A DNA stretch of 64,000 nucleotides from the NCBI GenBank assembly GCA_964016885.1, contig OZ024742.1:140864001-140928000 (forward strand). The letters run 5' to 3'. The notes below the pieces were generated by a model. That model did not search any database. It was not told the DNA's origin and worked only from the letters and a program-made list of their open reading frames with translations. Every line of letters begins with the position of its first letter. The first letter of the stretch is position 1. This DNA is from Eledone cirrhosa (lineage: Eukaryota). The translations under genes were made by a program, and so were the position numbers. Positions 52,030 to 64,000 of this stretch are shown here, one piece after another.

Positions 52030-52452
52030 TTTAAGCATTGAGTGCAATATTGCATGGTTGTGAAACATGGACATCAAATGCAAAGGATGTGTGAAAGCTA
52101 GAAAGAAATAAGGCAAACATAGATCACTAAATCTGTTATGTTAGTGTGCATGAACATTAGAGCATAAATGGGCTGACAGAAAAACTGGGTATAGTAGGAA
52201 TCACATGAAGTGTGCAAGAGAAGAGGCTGTCCTTATATAGATATGTGATGAATATGGAGGGTGACAGTTGGGTAAAAAATGTTCAAACATTCCAAATAGA
52301 TGGAATCTATGGAAGAGGAAGACTGAGGCAGATATGGGAAGAAGTGGGGAAAGGTTATCTCAAGTGACAAGTGACTGCAACAATTGAGGATGTTCTGTGC
52401 TGGAGAAAATCTATGCAAACATTGAAAGATGGATGTAAAAATGATGATGATG
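52030..52452 (+). mobile_element. Decayed RTE-clade fragment just upstream of exon 2
   Basis: ILHGCETWT, KLERNKA and GRGRLR remnants; ends gatggatgtaaaaatgatgatgat. Confidence 0.65.
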
Positions 52453-52513
52453 GTTCATGTTCATACTAATCAAGTAATAAACATTTTTAGTAATTATTTT
52501 ATTTTTCTTTCAG

Positions 52514-52685
52514 ATTGCATTTGGAATTGCAATGTCATTACCTGTTGATGACAACATACGGTTTGGTTTACTTTCCACAACTTGTGTACCAGGAGGTGGA
52601 TTAGGACTTAGCATCACTTCTATTACAGAAGGGGAGATGAGCCTCAGCATAAGTATGAATGTCATCAGTATGGTAGCAATGTTGG
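52514..52685 (+). CDS. SLC10-family gene, coding exon 2 of 3
   Basis: Acceptor tttttctttcag at 52513 and donor GTAAGT at 52686. The 172 nt translate in phase 0 to IAFGIAMSLPVDDNIRFGLLSTTCVPGGGLGLSITSITEGEMSLSISMNVISMVAML(G), which carries the SLC10 C-x-PGG...G[DE]M.LS motif. Not in the ORF track (too short). Confidence 0.92.
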
Positions 52686-54567
52686 GTAAGTATTACCAAA
52701 TCTAAATACATATAGCAAGTTCCAATATTTCTCAAATATAAATAAAGGTCATCATTTTTTTAAAAATCCAACACATACACACATACATACACAGAGACAG
52801 ACAGAAAATGTGAGGTTTTATTTTTCTTCTGGAATGAATAATTACACCATCATCATAATCAGTTTAACATCTATTTTCCATGCATGCATAGGTATTTAAT
52901 CAAACTAGAAACTACACTTTATAATGTATTATATGGTACACAAAGCTATTAGTTATATATTTCTTTTACACACAACATTAAGAAGTGCATTACCAAATGA
53001 ATAAAAATGCATTGAATAATACATTGAAAATAAACAAAAATCAAGAAAAGGTAGACCTAATATGCCGTCTAGTTTAGCACCACTGATTGGCTATTGGGTG
53101 CCTTTTGCAGAATTCACTCTATTGTAAGCATTTGGACTAAATTTCTGGTTCAGGGACAGAAGTATTATTTCTATCTTTAGGAAGATATCAACTTTTATTG
53201 CCAGGAATTGATAAAATGAATGGAGCTTAATTGAAAATGCAATGAAATAAACTTAATCCAATATGACATGAGAAGCAATTCTAGCAGGATTGGAATTCAA
53301 GTATATTAAACTGGTTACCATTATACATCTAGTCTGCTACCATTAAATAGCTCTGTCTGTCTGTATTCCATTAAGAGAAATATTTCCATATCAGACAAAT
53401 GAAAGTATGTTTCCAATAGTCTTTCCTACAATTGTAAGGTTTTAAACTATTGATGACTGGGCTTATGTATGAGCATTCCATTTTTCTACAAGAAAGGAAA
53501 GTTGATATTTTCAGAAGTATATGTATATTTTCTTCTCTACAGAGATTCTGATATTGTTTACTATGTTTTATCACTTTTCTTACTATATTTCAATGAAAGA
53601 AAATGCCTATGATTTTCAAATCATAGACATTTTGAAAATAACCAAAAGTGTTTAGAGATTTAGTAATATAACATTCTAATTATTATGCTGGTGTTTAGGC
53701 TATAACTTAAATGTGTTTACATAAAATTATAATGGAAGGTTTTTAGATAAATATAATCACTTTAAAACAAGCAGTATAGTATAGAACCAAGAGCAGTTTC
53801 AGATGGTTTGTAAAAGAGTTAAACCTTATTCTTTTTGTAACTCATAAAAAATAGTTTTGTTTTCTTTAGTGTAGGAGTATTGGTGTACTTCATTTCCTAA
53901 GATTTAATTAATCAGATAAATATTCTTTAGAAAGTTTGGGAAATGCTGACAAAAACAATAGTTGGAAAATTAAACTTTGTGAAAAGTGGGAGGGAATTTA
54001 AATATATGTCTATAGTGGTTTCTGAAAGTTTTAATGAAGTATTTCAGCTATGCTAGAGCATGTACTTGAAAACTTGTGCTTGAGGAGAATCAGCCATTTG
54101 AAAACAGTAAAAAAAAATTATTTAATTCTTTTCTTTTATGCAATAGAATAATTTTGCTAATATTTTTTCCTATGTATGAATTGGAACAAATAAAACAACA
54201 AAATTAAATTTCCAAAATAAGTTTCCAAAAGAGCAATTTTTAAAATGACAACATAAAAAAGTAAAAAATGTTTCGAATTTCTGTGTGTGTTTATGTGTAT
54301 GTATGTGTGTATTTGTGAGCATACACCAAGTGCATGTGTATGGGTATATATTAATGCTGGTATCATAAAATGTACTCGGTACACTCTGTAAAGTGGTTGG
54401 CATGAGGAAGGACATCCACACAAACATTTCTTATTTCTGTTGATGATGATGATGATAATAATAGTAATCTTGTTCAGATCAGATGAAGCCATATATTAGT
54501 TTATATAGCAATTGAATGAAAGAAAAATAAATTTACAACTGTTAACCTTCAATAATATATAACCACA

Positions 54568-54568
54568 A

Positions 54569-54608
<40 letters not shown>

Positions 54609-54631
54609 CATACACATATATATATATATAG

Positions 54632-54684
<53 letters not shown>

Positions 54685-54687
54685 CAG

Positions 54688-54733
<46 letters not shown>

Positions 54734-54823
54734 ATACATATATACATATTTGATTGGCAGTGTGTGTGTACTGCCTCTTCGCCACCTCGTCGTTTTTTTG
54801 TTTTCTGTTTCAACTATAATATA

Positions 54824-54855
<32 letters not shown>

Positions 54856-54860
54856 AATAA
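54568..54860. repeat. Compound (TG)n/(TA)n/(AAT)n microsatellite
   Basis: Direct inspection. Confidence 0.85.
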
Positions 54861-54985
54861 ATGTGAAGACTAAAATCCGAAGGAGATGACGAAGGACCGA
54901 CACAAGTAGAGAGATGCTGGGCTGAATAGGATCCATCCAATCCTTGCAAGCAGGGAAAAGCGGACGTAAAATGATGATGATGATA
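54860..54985 (+). mobile_element. Extreme 3' end of an RTE LINE
   Basis: [27 protein letters not shown] followed by (ATG)n; the tail is shared with the SINEs at 20799 and 40922. Confidence 0.65.
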
Positions 54986-55681
54986 AATATATATAAAGAC
55001 CCGTAGAGCAAATATTTATTAAAATAACAGATTAAAGTTTAAGCAAAGAATCTTCTGAAGATCCCGTTAAGGGTGAAAGCAGAAATTCTTTGCTTAAGCT
55101 TTAATCTGTTATTGTAATAAATATATATAGATATGCATATATTTAAGCAAGAGTAAAAGACCATATATCCTTTGATTTCCACATTAAAACTACTACAAGA
55201 GTTTATGATGGGGTGTTCACACAGCTTGGACTGTCAAAAAGGGGAAAACTGACGTGTATAAAATACGAATATAAACCTCATCTCCACCTACTAAAGTAAT
55301 TTAAATTTGAAGCAAATTGAAGCCTCAGCCAGCAATTGCTATTTTCTAACTCGTGCATATTAAGGCATGTCAATGCAATTTATGCTATTAAAGACTGAAT
55401 AGCAAATAGAAAATAAAGTAGAAAAGATCTACAGGTTTTCATAGTTTGTTCCAAATGAACTCATTATACACATGTGTATGAAATACTGTGATACAAAATG
55501 TCTTACTGAATGAAATTCAACATACAAATATGTGTGTGTGTGTGTGGAACGTTATGGTATTTTAAGTGGAATACACAGAGGACAGTGGCTGTTACATTTT
55601 TACAATTTACAAAGGCTATTAGTCAAAACATGTCCCTATCTTCCCCATTTAATATCTTTATAAGTAAGTCATAAATGTTAT

Positions 55682-55852
55682 GTATCAGAGGGTCGGACGC
55701 CATGCTTTCCAGCATAGTTATGTCCCTTTATGATCTGAGTTCAAATCCCACCGAGGTTGACTTTGCCTTTCATCCTTATGGGGTCGATAAAATAAAGTAC
55801 CAGTAATGTACTAGGTAATTGCTGGCCTTGTGCCTAAAGTAGAAACAATTAT
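55682..55852 (+). mobile_element. Young SINE copy (12400 family)
   Basis: Closely matches 12400-12576 and 59993-60163. Confidence 0.85.
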
Positions 55853-55902
55853 CATATTTAAGACAAGGATATCAGTTGTGTACCATATTGTAGTACACTT
55901 AG

Positions 55903-56279
55903 GAGTGTACACTGAGGAGATTGGATGGCACATATACCCGCCTCTTAATGAGAGTGCAAAACCTATCCTGGAAACGACATCCCACCTTGTCTAAAATCTA
56001 TAGCAAACTCCCTCGAGCCTCTGCCCTTCTAAAATCCCGGAGAGCTCAATTTGCTGGCCACTGTCACCGTGCCAGCAATGAAATCATATCCGCTCTCTTA
56101 CTCTGGAACCCTGACTCCAGCCTGACTAGGAGTAGGAAGCTGTCATTCCCTGACGTTATCTCTAGGGATACGGGAATCAGTAGACAGGACCTGGGGGCAG
56201 CGATGGGGGACAGGGAATTCTGAGGCATGAGAGTGAGATCCATCATCTCGACAGTAGTCGATGAGTGATGATGATGATG
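55903..56279 (+). mobile_element. 5'-truncated RTE-clade LINE with target-site duplication
   Basis: RRLDGTYTRLLMRVQNLSWK...QFAGHCHR...LLLWNP; (GAT)n tail; TSD agtacacttag (55892-55902) / agtacatttag (56280-56290). Confidence 0.8.
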
Positions 56280-56594
56280 AGTACATTTAGTGATTTTTTT
56301 CTTCAGCAAATATGGTGAAATCTACACTTCAAAAAGGAGGTCCAACAAAACTGAAACATGTCCAGTGTTGTCTCTATACTAGCCAAAATGATGATATTAG
56401 TAATTAAGTTAATGTTTTTTTCCTCACAGCCCGAGTATTTCTAATGCTCAAATACATTAACATTAAATTAAGTTACAGTTGTCAGTTTACATTCATTTTT
56501 CTATACTTGCACAGGCTGGAAAAAGCTTAGAGATTATCCCAGTTTCATGGCCATTAAGTGACAGTCCATCACAAGATTAACCACCCACTCCACC

Positions 56595-56732
56595 CCACTG
56601 CCACTTGTACTCATTTTCAGCTGAGTGAACTAGTGCAAAATGAAATGCCTTGCTCAAGGACACAATACTTCATCTTGTCAGGGAATTGAACTCCCAACCT
56701 TACGATTATGAGCCTAAGACTCTAACCACAAG
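56595..56732 (-). mobile_element. Older tRNA/CORE-like SINE copy
   Basis: tgccttgctcaaggacacaa and gggaattgaactc (B box on - strand). Confidence 0.65.
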
Positions 56733-59700
56733 TCATTTAATAGATTAACTTTTCTGTGTTAAACATCTAACTTTTCATTCTTCCTATACAGATACAATAC
56801 CAGTAGCACACTGGGAGAATTAGAAGATAAGAGAAATTTTGACTATTTAATATGATGGGTTAAAGGATTATCATTAAATGTTCAATTAATTTATTGTCAT
56901 AAATGTACTTGATCATACTTGCTCAATCTACTTAACATCTTTTAAGGTGATAATTGTTTTGCTCTAGACATGCAAGAGGATTATAGAGATGTTTTTTATT
57001 TTTTTAATATACTCATATTTACAAGATTCATAATCATTTAGAGATATAATAATTATTTATCTGAGGCAAATATAAATTCAAAGTATATGATCTAATCAGA
57101 TGCCAGTTACAGTTCCACAAAATACCAAAGTGTATTAACTGTGAAATGGATATGCTGTCCGAGTCAATGTGAGAGCCTCAACATAGTCACTCAGCCATTT
57201 GGCAATAACAACCAAATTTCCCTCAAATTACACCCTGGTGTCTTAAACAAGACAACAATCTCAATTGGAAAGCTTTTGATCATAAGTCTTTTGTACCAGA
57301 GTTGATGTGGGGCTATACATCAATGCCACAAAACTATTTGGTCCCTTGTAATGAATAGATGAAAAGTTTTGCTGGCCCTTTAAATTGATGTGGTTCATCC
57401 CCAAAGGGTCAATCAGAAAAATATCCTTTTGAAATCCAAGGAAATGCTGAAAAAAATGGTTGGAAAATTAAACTTAATGAAAAGTGGGAGGGAATTTAAA
57501 CATATGTCTATAGTGGTTTCTGAAATGTTTAATGAAGTATCTCAATCATGTTTGAGCATCTAATTGAAAACTTGTGCTCGAAGAGAATCTGTCGTTTGAA
57601 AACAGAAAATTAATTCTGGCTAAAGCATTCCCTCCTGAATAAAGTTCCTCATGACAGTGATATTAATCAAAATCTGTCCCAGAGTAGACTCAAATTGCTC
57701 CAGAGACAAAGGTGTTGCAGTTTATTAGTTTAACATACCAAAACTAGTACCTTACTTAAAAAACAAGAAAGAGTTGGCATCAAGAAAGGCATCCAATCAC
57801 AGAATATTGGCTCAAGAAGTTCTGTTCAATCCATGAAAAAACAGACCAAAAAACAATGTTGATGACGATATTTGACAGAGTTCATCGGCAATTCACTCCA
57901 AAGAAAAGTGATTAAGGATGGAAGAGAAGGACATTCAATATTAACTCTCTTAAATAATCCCAAATTTTACCTCATTTGAATGCAATGTTACTTTTATAAG
58001 GTATAATACTAATACACTAATTCAAATGCTTGTAAAACAGCTGCTTTCTTTTGGAATTAGATTAAGCAGTGTATATCCCAGTTTTTAAGGGGTGCCTAAA
58101 AACTATCATGTGGTCCAATGCAAGCATGGAAAATCAAATGTAAAAACGATAGTGATGATGACAAGGATGATTAAAATATTCCAAACCTATTTAAAAGAAA
58201 CACATATTCTGTCTGTACTGAATTTTAGGCTATATCCTTTATCAGTAAATAACAGTTAATTTAGTTACTTATAGCTCAATTTCGAAAAGGTGAAAATTAA
58301 ATTAATTTTTTCTTAAGTAAACAAAGCTATACAAAGTAACTTATTTTTCACAAGTATGTATGTAAGTATATATATGTATGTATGTAAATATATTTATATA
58401 TATATATATATGATACCTATACAAATAAAATATAAATAAAGTCTTCATACTAATTTGAATAAATAACTAAAAGCTATAAATTTCAATACACTATGATTGA
58501 TCTTATATAAATTCTTACAAAACTATGTTTATCTGGAATTATAGATGCATTCCGCTTATTAGTTATGAGAAACTTATAATTCCCAAAGATCCATAGAAAT
58601 GTTTTATGTTAATTCTATTTCCATTGCTGGGAATTTAACCTAAAAAATTATGATAGAAGTGATTTTTTGAAGGCAGTATCAGTAGTAAGCAGTGGCACGA
58701 CTTCAAATGACATAGAAAATGAACTTGTTACAAACCAATGCACAAACAACACTTTTATCTCTTTTGATTCCAAACCACCTGAAATCACTGTTGGTTCTAT
58801 GATACTAAGTTGTTTATTTTAAAGTGTTTATATTTACCTAAAAAAATTTCCAGCATAATTTTAAGTAAGAACTTTTGTTATGTTCCAAACACTAGCTTAA
58901 TAATGAGAAAATTAATTATATCATTAAATCCCACCAAAATTCTTGATTAATTTCAAAATGATTTGAAAATAATAGGCAATGTCTTCCATAAGAAAAGGGT
59001 TAAATACATAAAGCTAAAAATCATATGCATGCAAACATGTAAACGGATGTAACCATAGATTTGATTATATTTCCAACACAATTTCTTTCACTTCAAACAT
59101 TTCAATGCAAATGATACCATCCTTCATTCCATTTTCATCTTCCACACAAAAGCATCTTCAAGCAACCTAAATACTACATAGCAGATTTGCACTACTTCCA
59201 TGAAAAGAAAGACGCCCCAAACATCCATAATACAGATATGTCAACATAGACTCCCACAATAACACCAAGTCACAATTGTTTCAAATATCAAAGAAAAAAC
59301 TTTACATCACACCTTTACACATGAACAATACATAATTGAAGTCCATGAAGATGTTACAAAAGTTAGGCTTAGCAATCACTGATGAAAACCATACGCATAT
59401 AATATAATATTACCAAAATTATGTTACAAAGACAGCTTTCTCATTGGGGAAAGAACATTTTTCAGCTTTGATTGGTTACTGATTGCCTTCAATACTAAAG
59501 TGCAAAACATTTATCTAAAATTGTTGCTACTACACACACACATGGATATCATAGACAGTATTCCACTCCTCGTCCCTACCACCAACAAAGGCCATTCAAC
59601 TAATTTGCAAATATTCATTAATCAAAATGTTACAATCACTGATTCATCAACACTATCTTTTTCACTATCTGCCTTTTGTACCACTAACAAAATACTCTCT

Positions 59701-59992
59701 TCTCTTCTGTACTAGCTATCTCCTAATTCCCTTCACACAAGTCAACCTGCAATATCTGTCTTTCATCTCTTCATCACTGCAATTTGTTATTGTGTCTCAC
59801 CTTCCAGATCTTTCACTAAACACTTTTCCCCAATTATTTCTCCACAGAACAGCATTAATTTAAAATAATCTCCCACCTCATGAATATGTCAACCTTCAGA
59901 TGTTCAAACTGAACATTAGCCACATTGTTCTCCCATGCCTGGGAGGGCTTGCAGTTGTAATGGTACTTTTCATCCCTCTCTCACTAAATAAT

Positions 59993-60163
59993 TGTTTCTA
60001 CTTTAGGCACAAGGCCAGCAATTACCCAGTGCATTACTGGTACTTTATTTTATCGACCCCGTAAGGCAAAGTCAACCTCGGAGGGATTTGAACTCAGATC
60101 GTAAAGGGACGTAGCTATGCTGGAAAGCATGGTGTCCAACCCTCTACCGATACTGCCAATCCA
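59993..60163 (-). mobile_element. Full-length SINE copy (12400 family) with 19-bp TSD
   Basis: ccctctctcactaaataat at 59974-59992 and 60164-60182. Confidence 0.88.
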
Positions 60164-61026
60164 CCCTCTCTCACTAAATAATAGTTTCTAATTTAGGCAC
60201 AAGACCAGCATTTTGGTGGGTGGGGCAAGTCAATTAAATCAATTCCAGTTCTTTACTATTACTTTATTTTTAAAAGGTGAAAGGCAAAGTTGACCTCATC
60301 CACATTTGAACTCAGAACATAAAGAGCTATAACTAAATAGACCAAAGTATTTTGTCTGAAGCTCTAATGATTTTGTTGTGATAGTAAAATAACACAATGG
60401 CAGTCAAATTACATAAAAGTTGGTTCAGGAATATCTATTATGGCATGGAGGCTGTAGAGTGCTTTCCATTTGAGTGATGACCTTTGTCACCTAATTGCAA
60501 AGCCCATTTGTTGAGTAGCCAACATGAGACAGTGAAGGACTATGAACACAGACTGCAGGTGTGACAATTTATCAAATATAACATTTTTAATATAAATATA
60601 TAAAACATATATTTTAAAATGTCACATTTTTTAATATATGTTGGCATTTTTTACTATTTAAATGTTAACTTTACTAATAATTGTTGCTTCTTCAATAAAT
60701 ATAATTTTATTAAAAATTATTTTTGTGAACTTTCTATTTGTAATCTTGCTTTAAATATATAATTAACATATATATAGGTCTATTACAAAATTACTAAACA
60801 AACTTACAATGATCATACTATAATGTATATATTACATATATATATATGTATGTATGCATTAATAAATATGCTGGGTCCGTCAACCCTTATTATATATATA
60901 TATATGTATGTATGTATGTATATATATAAAACATTAACATATAAAGTTCTATTACTGAATTTGAAAAAAAAAACTTACAATGTTCATTCTATAACATTAT
61001 ACTAACATAACTTCTGTTTCTTACAG

Positions 61027-61733
61027 GGACAGCTCCCCTTTGGATATTTGTACTAGGACAGTACTTTTTACATTTAGACGCACACAAAACCATTCCTATT
61101 TACCACATTGAAGTGTGGTTGGTGTCAGTCTTCGTTGCCTATACAGGAGGGATATTAACAAAATATTTAAAACCAAACTTGGCAGAAGCTGTATTGAACT
61201 GGATAATCAAACCTTTGTTATTACTTATATGTATTTTATTTATCACCCTTGGCGTCTACATTAATATGTATGTGTGGAACATATTGGACATTTATATCAT
61301 GTTAGGATGTGCTCTATTACCAGTAACGGGTTGGGTCCTTGGATTTTTTCTAGGCTTGATATTCCGTCAAGAAGGGCCTATTTTAGAAGCTCTCTCTCTT
61401 GAAACTTCAAGCTTTAACAATTTGATAACAGTAGCAGCTTTACGTTTTTCTCTCTCAAGCAGACCTGGGGATTTGTCATCAACTGTCCCATTTCTTGTTA
61501 TTTTTACAACCCCTTGTATTTACATAGTATTATCTCTAATCAAGTCTTTACGACTTTGCATCATTAACTATTTGCAAGAACGAAGACAAAAACAAGTTAA
61601 CCGACAATTTAGCATTGTTTCAGGAATAATCAACCAGGCAAATATTACAGCATTATCAGCTCCTCTCTTTATATCTGACATCATGGATGATGAAGACAGT
61701 TCAGATAATAAAGAAAAAGTGACAGTCTTATGA
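61027..61733 (+). CDS. SLC10-family gene, coding exon 3 of 3 (terminal)
   Basis: Acceptor ttctgtttcttacag at 61026; the phase-1 join gives G-TAPLWIFVLGQYF..., in frame with ORF 61113-61733. Several TM helices, LP..G..LG and LETSSFN motifs, stop TGA. Total CDS 414+172+707=1293 nt = 430 aa. Confidence 0.92.
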
Positions 61734-63164
61734 AGTTTTCTAGAGGTCTTTTTTTAAGAGAAGAGAAATAAACTTGCTACACTGAGAAAGATGCATTGGA
61801 ATGAAAATTGATACTAATTTAGAGTATCACTTATACCAGCCTATTACAATAGCCCTGGTGCCAAACATATGAGGATTTAGTACCAACATTGCATATCTAG
61901 CAAGAGGTCATCTGATTCAGATGAATAAATAACCTTGTTTGTAATCCAGATGACAATTTCTTGGAGTATGTGTTGATGGTGGCGAAAAATAGCAGCAATA
62001 TATTGCTGGAGTCGTGTAATTGACAAATATCTATTTAGTTTTTATAACAATAATACGATCATTAACATTCTGTAATATTGGAATTTGGTCAGATGTATGG
62101 TTATAAAAACAATTACATAGAGAAAGCATTCTTTTAAAACCAAAAATACAGAAAATGAAATATGTTCCTTAACTGATTCAAGTTTATATTTAGGTATGAA
62201 TATAAACTTAAATAGAAAATAATTTATACTTTTAAATTTATGATTATGATTTTGATTTCAATAACTGAAATAATCTTTAATAAACCATCAACAAATAGTA
62301 AAGTAGATTTGGTCAGAGCAAAATCACAATATATAGATTTGTTTTATAAATCATGAATATTTTTATAAATTTTACTGCTTAAATTAAAAAAGAATTCTTT
62401 CTCATCAGCTTTGTAATTAGACATTAACATTCTAAATAGAAACTTTTTTGAAGCAAACAAATTTCAACTGAAAGCTAATGACAGATGCAACCAAAGTGAT
62501 GTTTAAAAAAAAAGAACTTTTTGTGTATAATGATACTTACAAAATTGAAAGCTATTAATGCTTTATAACTTGTTCTATGTAGTATTTGCTCTCTGAGATA
62601 TAATGAATGTATAAACTGAGAACAAAGAAGTAGCTGAACATGTATGTACTTTGAAAATTAGAAAATACATCTAAAAGGGAAGACTAGCAGCAACTTCCAA
62701 TACTATAATCTCTTATTTATGTTGTCGATCTCATCTTGTAAGGATGAACATTTCTTGATATAATCCTTGGCTAGAATACAGGTAGAACCATTTTAATGGA
62801 TAACTATCAGTTTCATGACATGATGCAATGTCAACAATAATTATTGATCTATAATTATCTTCATTTTAGCTGTAAATACAAAAAGTAATACTAGGCATTG
62901 AAGTAGATTACTAGATTGTAGGAAAACAAATGTATATTACAAGTAGACTGGTAAAGTTTGTCAATTGTGTTATTGTAATAATGTCAAATTCAGAATTCAA
63001 GGAAACTGGTCGACAAAATCGGCAAAAATAAATCCATAAAAATTCATAGAAGAAAAATAAATTTTAGTTGATTTGCCTGAATGAAAAATCCAGTATTTTG
63101 AACACCTGTAATTGTATGTCGCAAGAGAATAGAGAGCTTTAATATCACAATTGCAAAATTATGA

Positions 63165-63368
<204 letters not shown>

Positions 63369-64000
63369 TATAAGTAGTGTGGTAGGAGCTAAGTGAGAAG
63401 GAGGGCAAAGAAAGTAATGATCCACCCTTGCCTCACATTTTATTTTCTTTCACATCATGCAGCTCCTACATTACTCATACTGGCTCTTTTCCATCACTCT
63501 CACTTCTACTTCTCTGCTTCCATTTGTCATTCATGGTTTCATGACTGTGATTGTAAAGCATCCATATTCTTTCTTTCCAAAGTTGGACAAGTGTTCAAAA
63601 CATTGGATTTGTTCATACCTTACAGAAAATGAACTCATTAAAATTTATTTTACTTCTATGAATTTCTGCGTTATTGTAACCCTATGAAAATATACAACAT
63701 AAATTGTATTTTACCCATGATATTGTTTTAATTTTTTAAAAATAAAACAAATAATTTCTAAAAGAGGACAATAGATATGTAAACAGAATGTAATGTTTTG
63801 TGGAGCATTGTCATAGATTGTGTAAATCTTGCTAAAAAGACAACAAATGTTGACTTTAGATGAATTTAAAAAAAAAATAGAGAATTTTGTTAAATTTAAA
63901 ATAATCTTCTCAATAACTAACTTCTCTCTGATCCACTAAATATATTGCTGTTCATTATACATACAATTTGCATGATTTTTGTTGGTTGAAATCTTTAGAT

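Larger units (their letters stand above)
19601..52513 (+). other. Intron 1 of SLC10 gene (32,913 bp, GT-AG, phase 0)
   Basis: Canonical splice sites joining two in-frame SLC10 segments; filled with transposon remnants. Confidence 0.85.
52686..61026 (+). other. Intron 2 of SLC10 gene (8,341 bp, GT-AG, phase 1)
   Basis: GTAAGT...TTACAG; the reading frame is preserved across the junction. Confidence 0.88.

Noticed and set aside
59040-59880. Possible decayed LINE on the - strand
   Set aside because: Composition is suggestive but no unambiguous protein motif could be read.
61767-62284. AATAAA hexamers (61767, 61924, 62279) as the SLC10 poly(A) signal
   Set aside because: Several candidates in very AT-rich DNA; cannot choose without 3'-end data.
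63085-63110. Tc1/mariner-like terminus (ttttgaacacctgTA)
   Set aside because: No matching partner TIR found in the window.

Overview
AT-rich, microsatellite-dense eukaryotic (animal) genomic DNA. The SINE/LINE repertoire looks like a coleoid cephalopod (octopus-like); this is an inference, not verified. The only host protein-coding gene I can support is a + strand SLC10 (sodium/bile-acid symporter family) gene with three coding exons (19187-19600, 52514-52685, 61027-61733; 430 aa), separated by 32.9-kb and 8.3-kb GT-AG introns. The rest is mostly transposon-derived. It includes a near-intact CR1-clade LINE in intron 1 interrupted by an RTE-derived insertion, many RTE fragments, a CRE-type endonuclease fragment, at least three tRNA-derived SINE families, piggyBac-type TTAA MITEs, and long (TA)n/(AG)n/(GATA)n tracts. 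The most notable observations are a complete Penelope-type minimal hammerhead ribozyme in a long hairpin (45060-45170), a G_GGA_AAC -1 frameshift junction joining CR1 ORF1 to an ATG-less ORF2, headless SINE copies sharing the same 5' end, fold-back palindromes centred on (TA)n, and substituted Na+-site residues in the SLC10 protein. All coordinates and alignments were made by eye.
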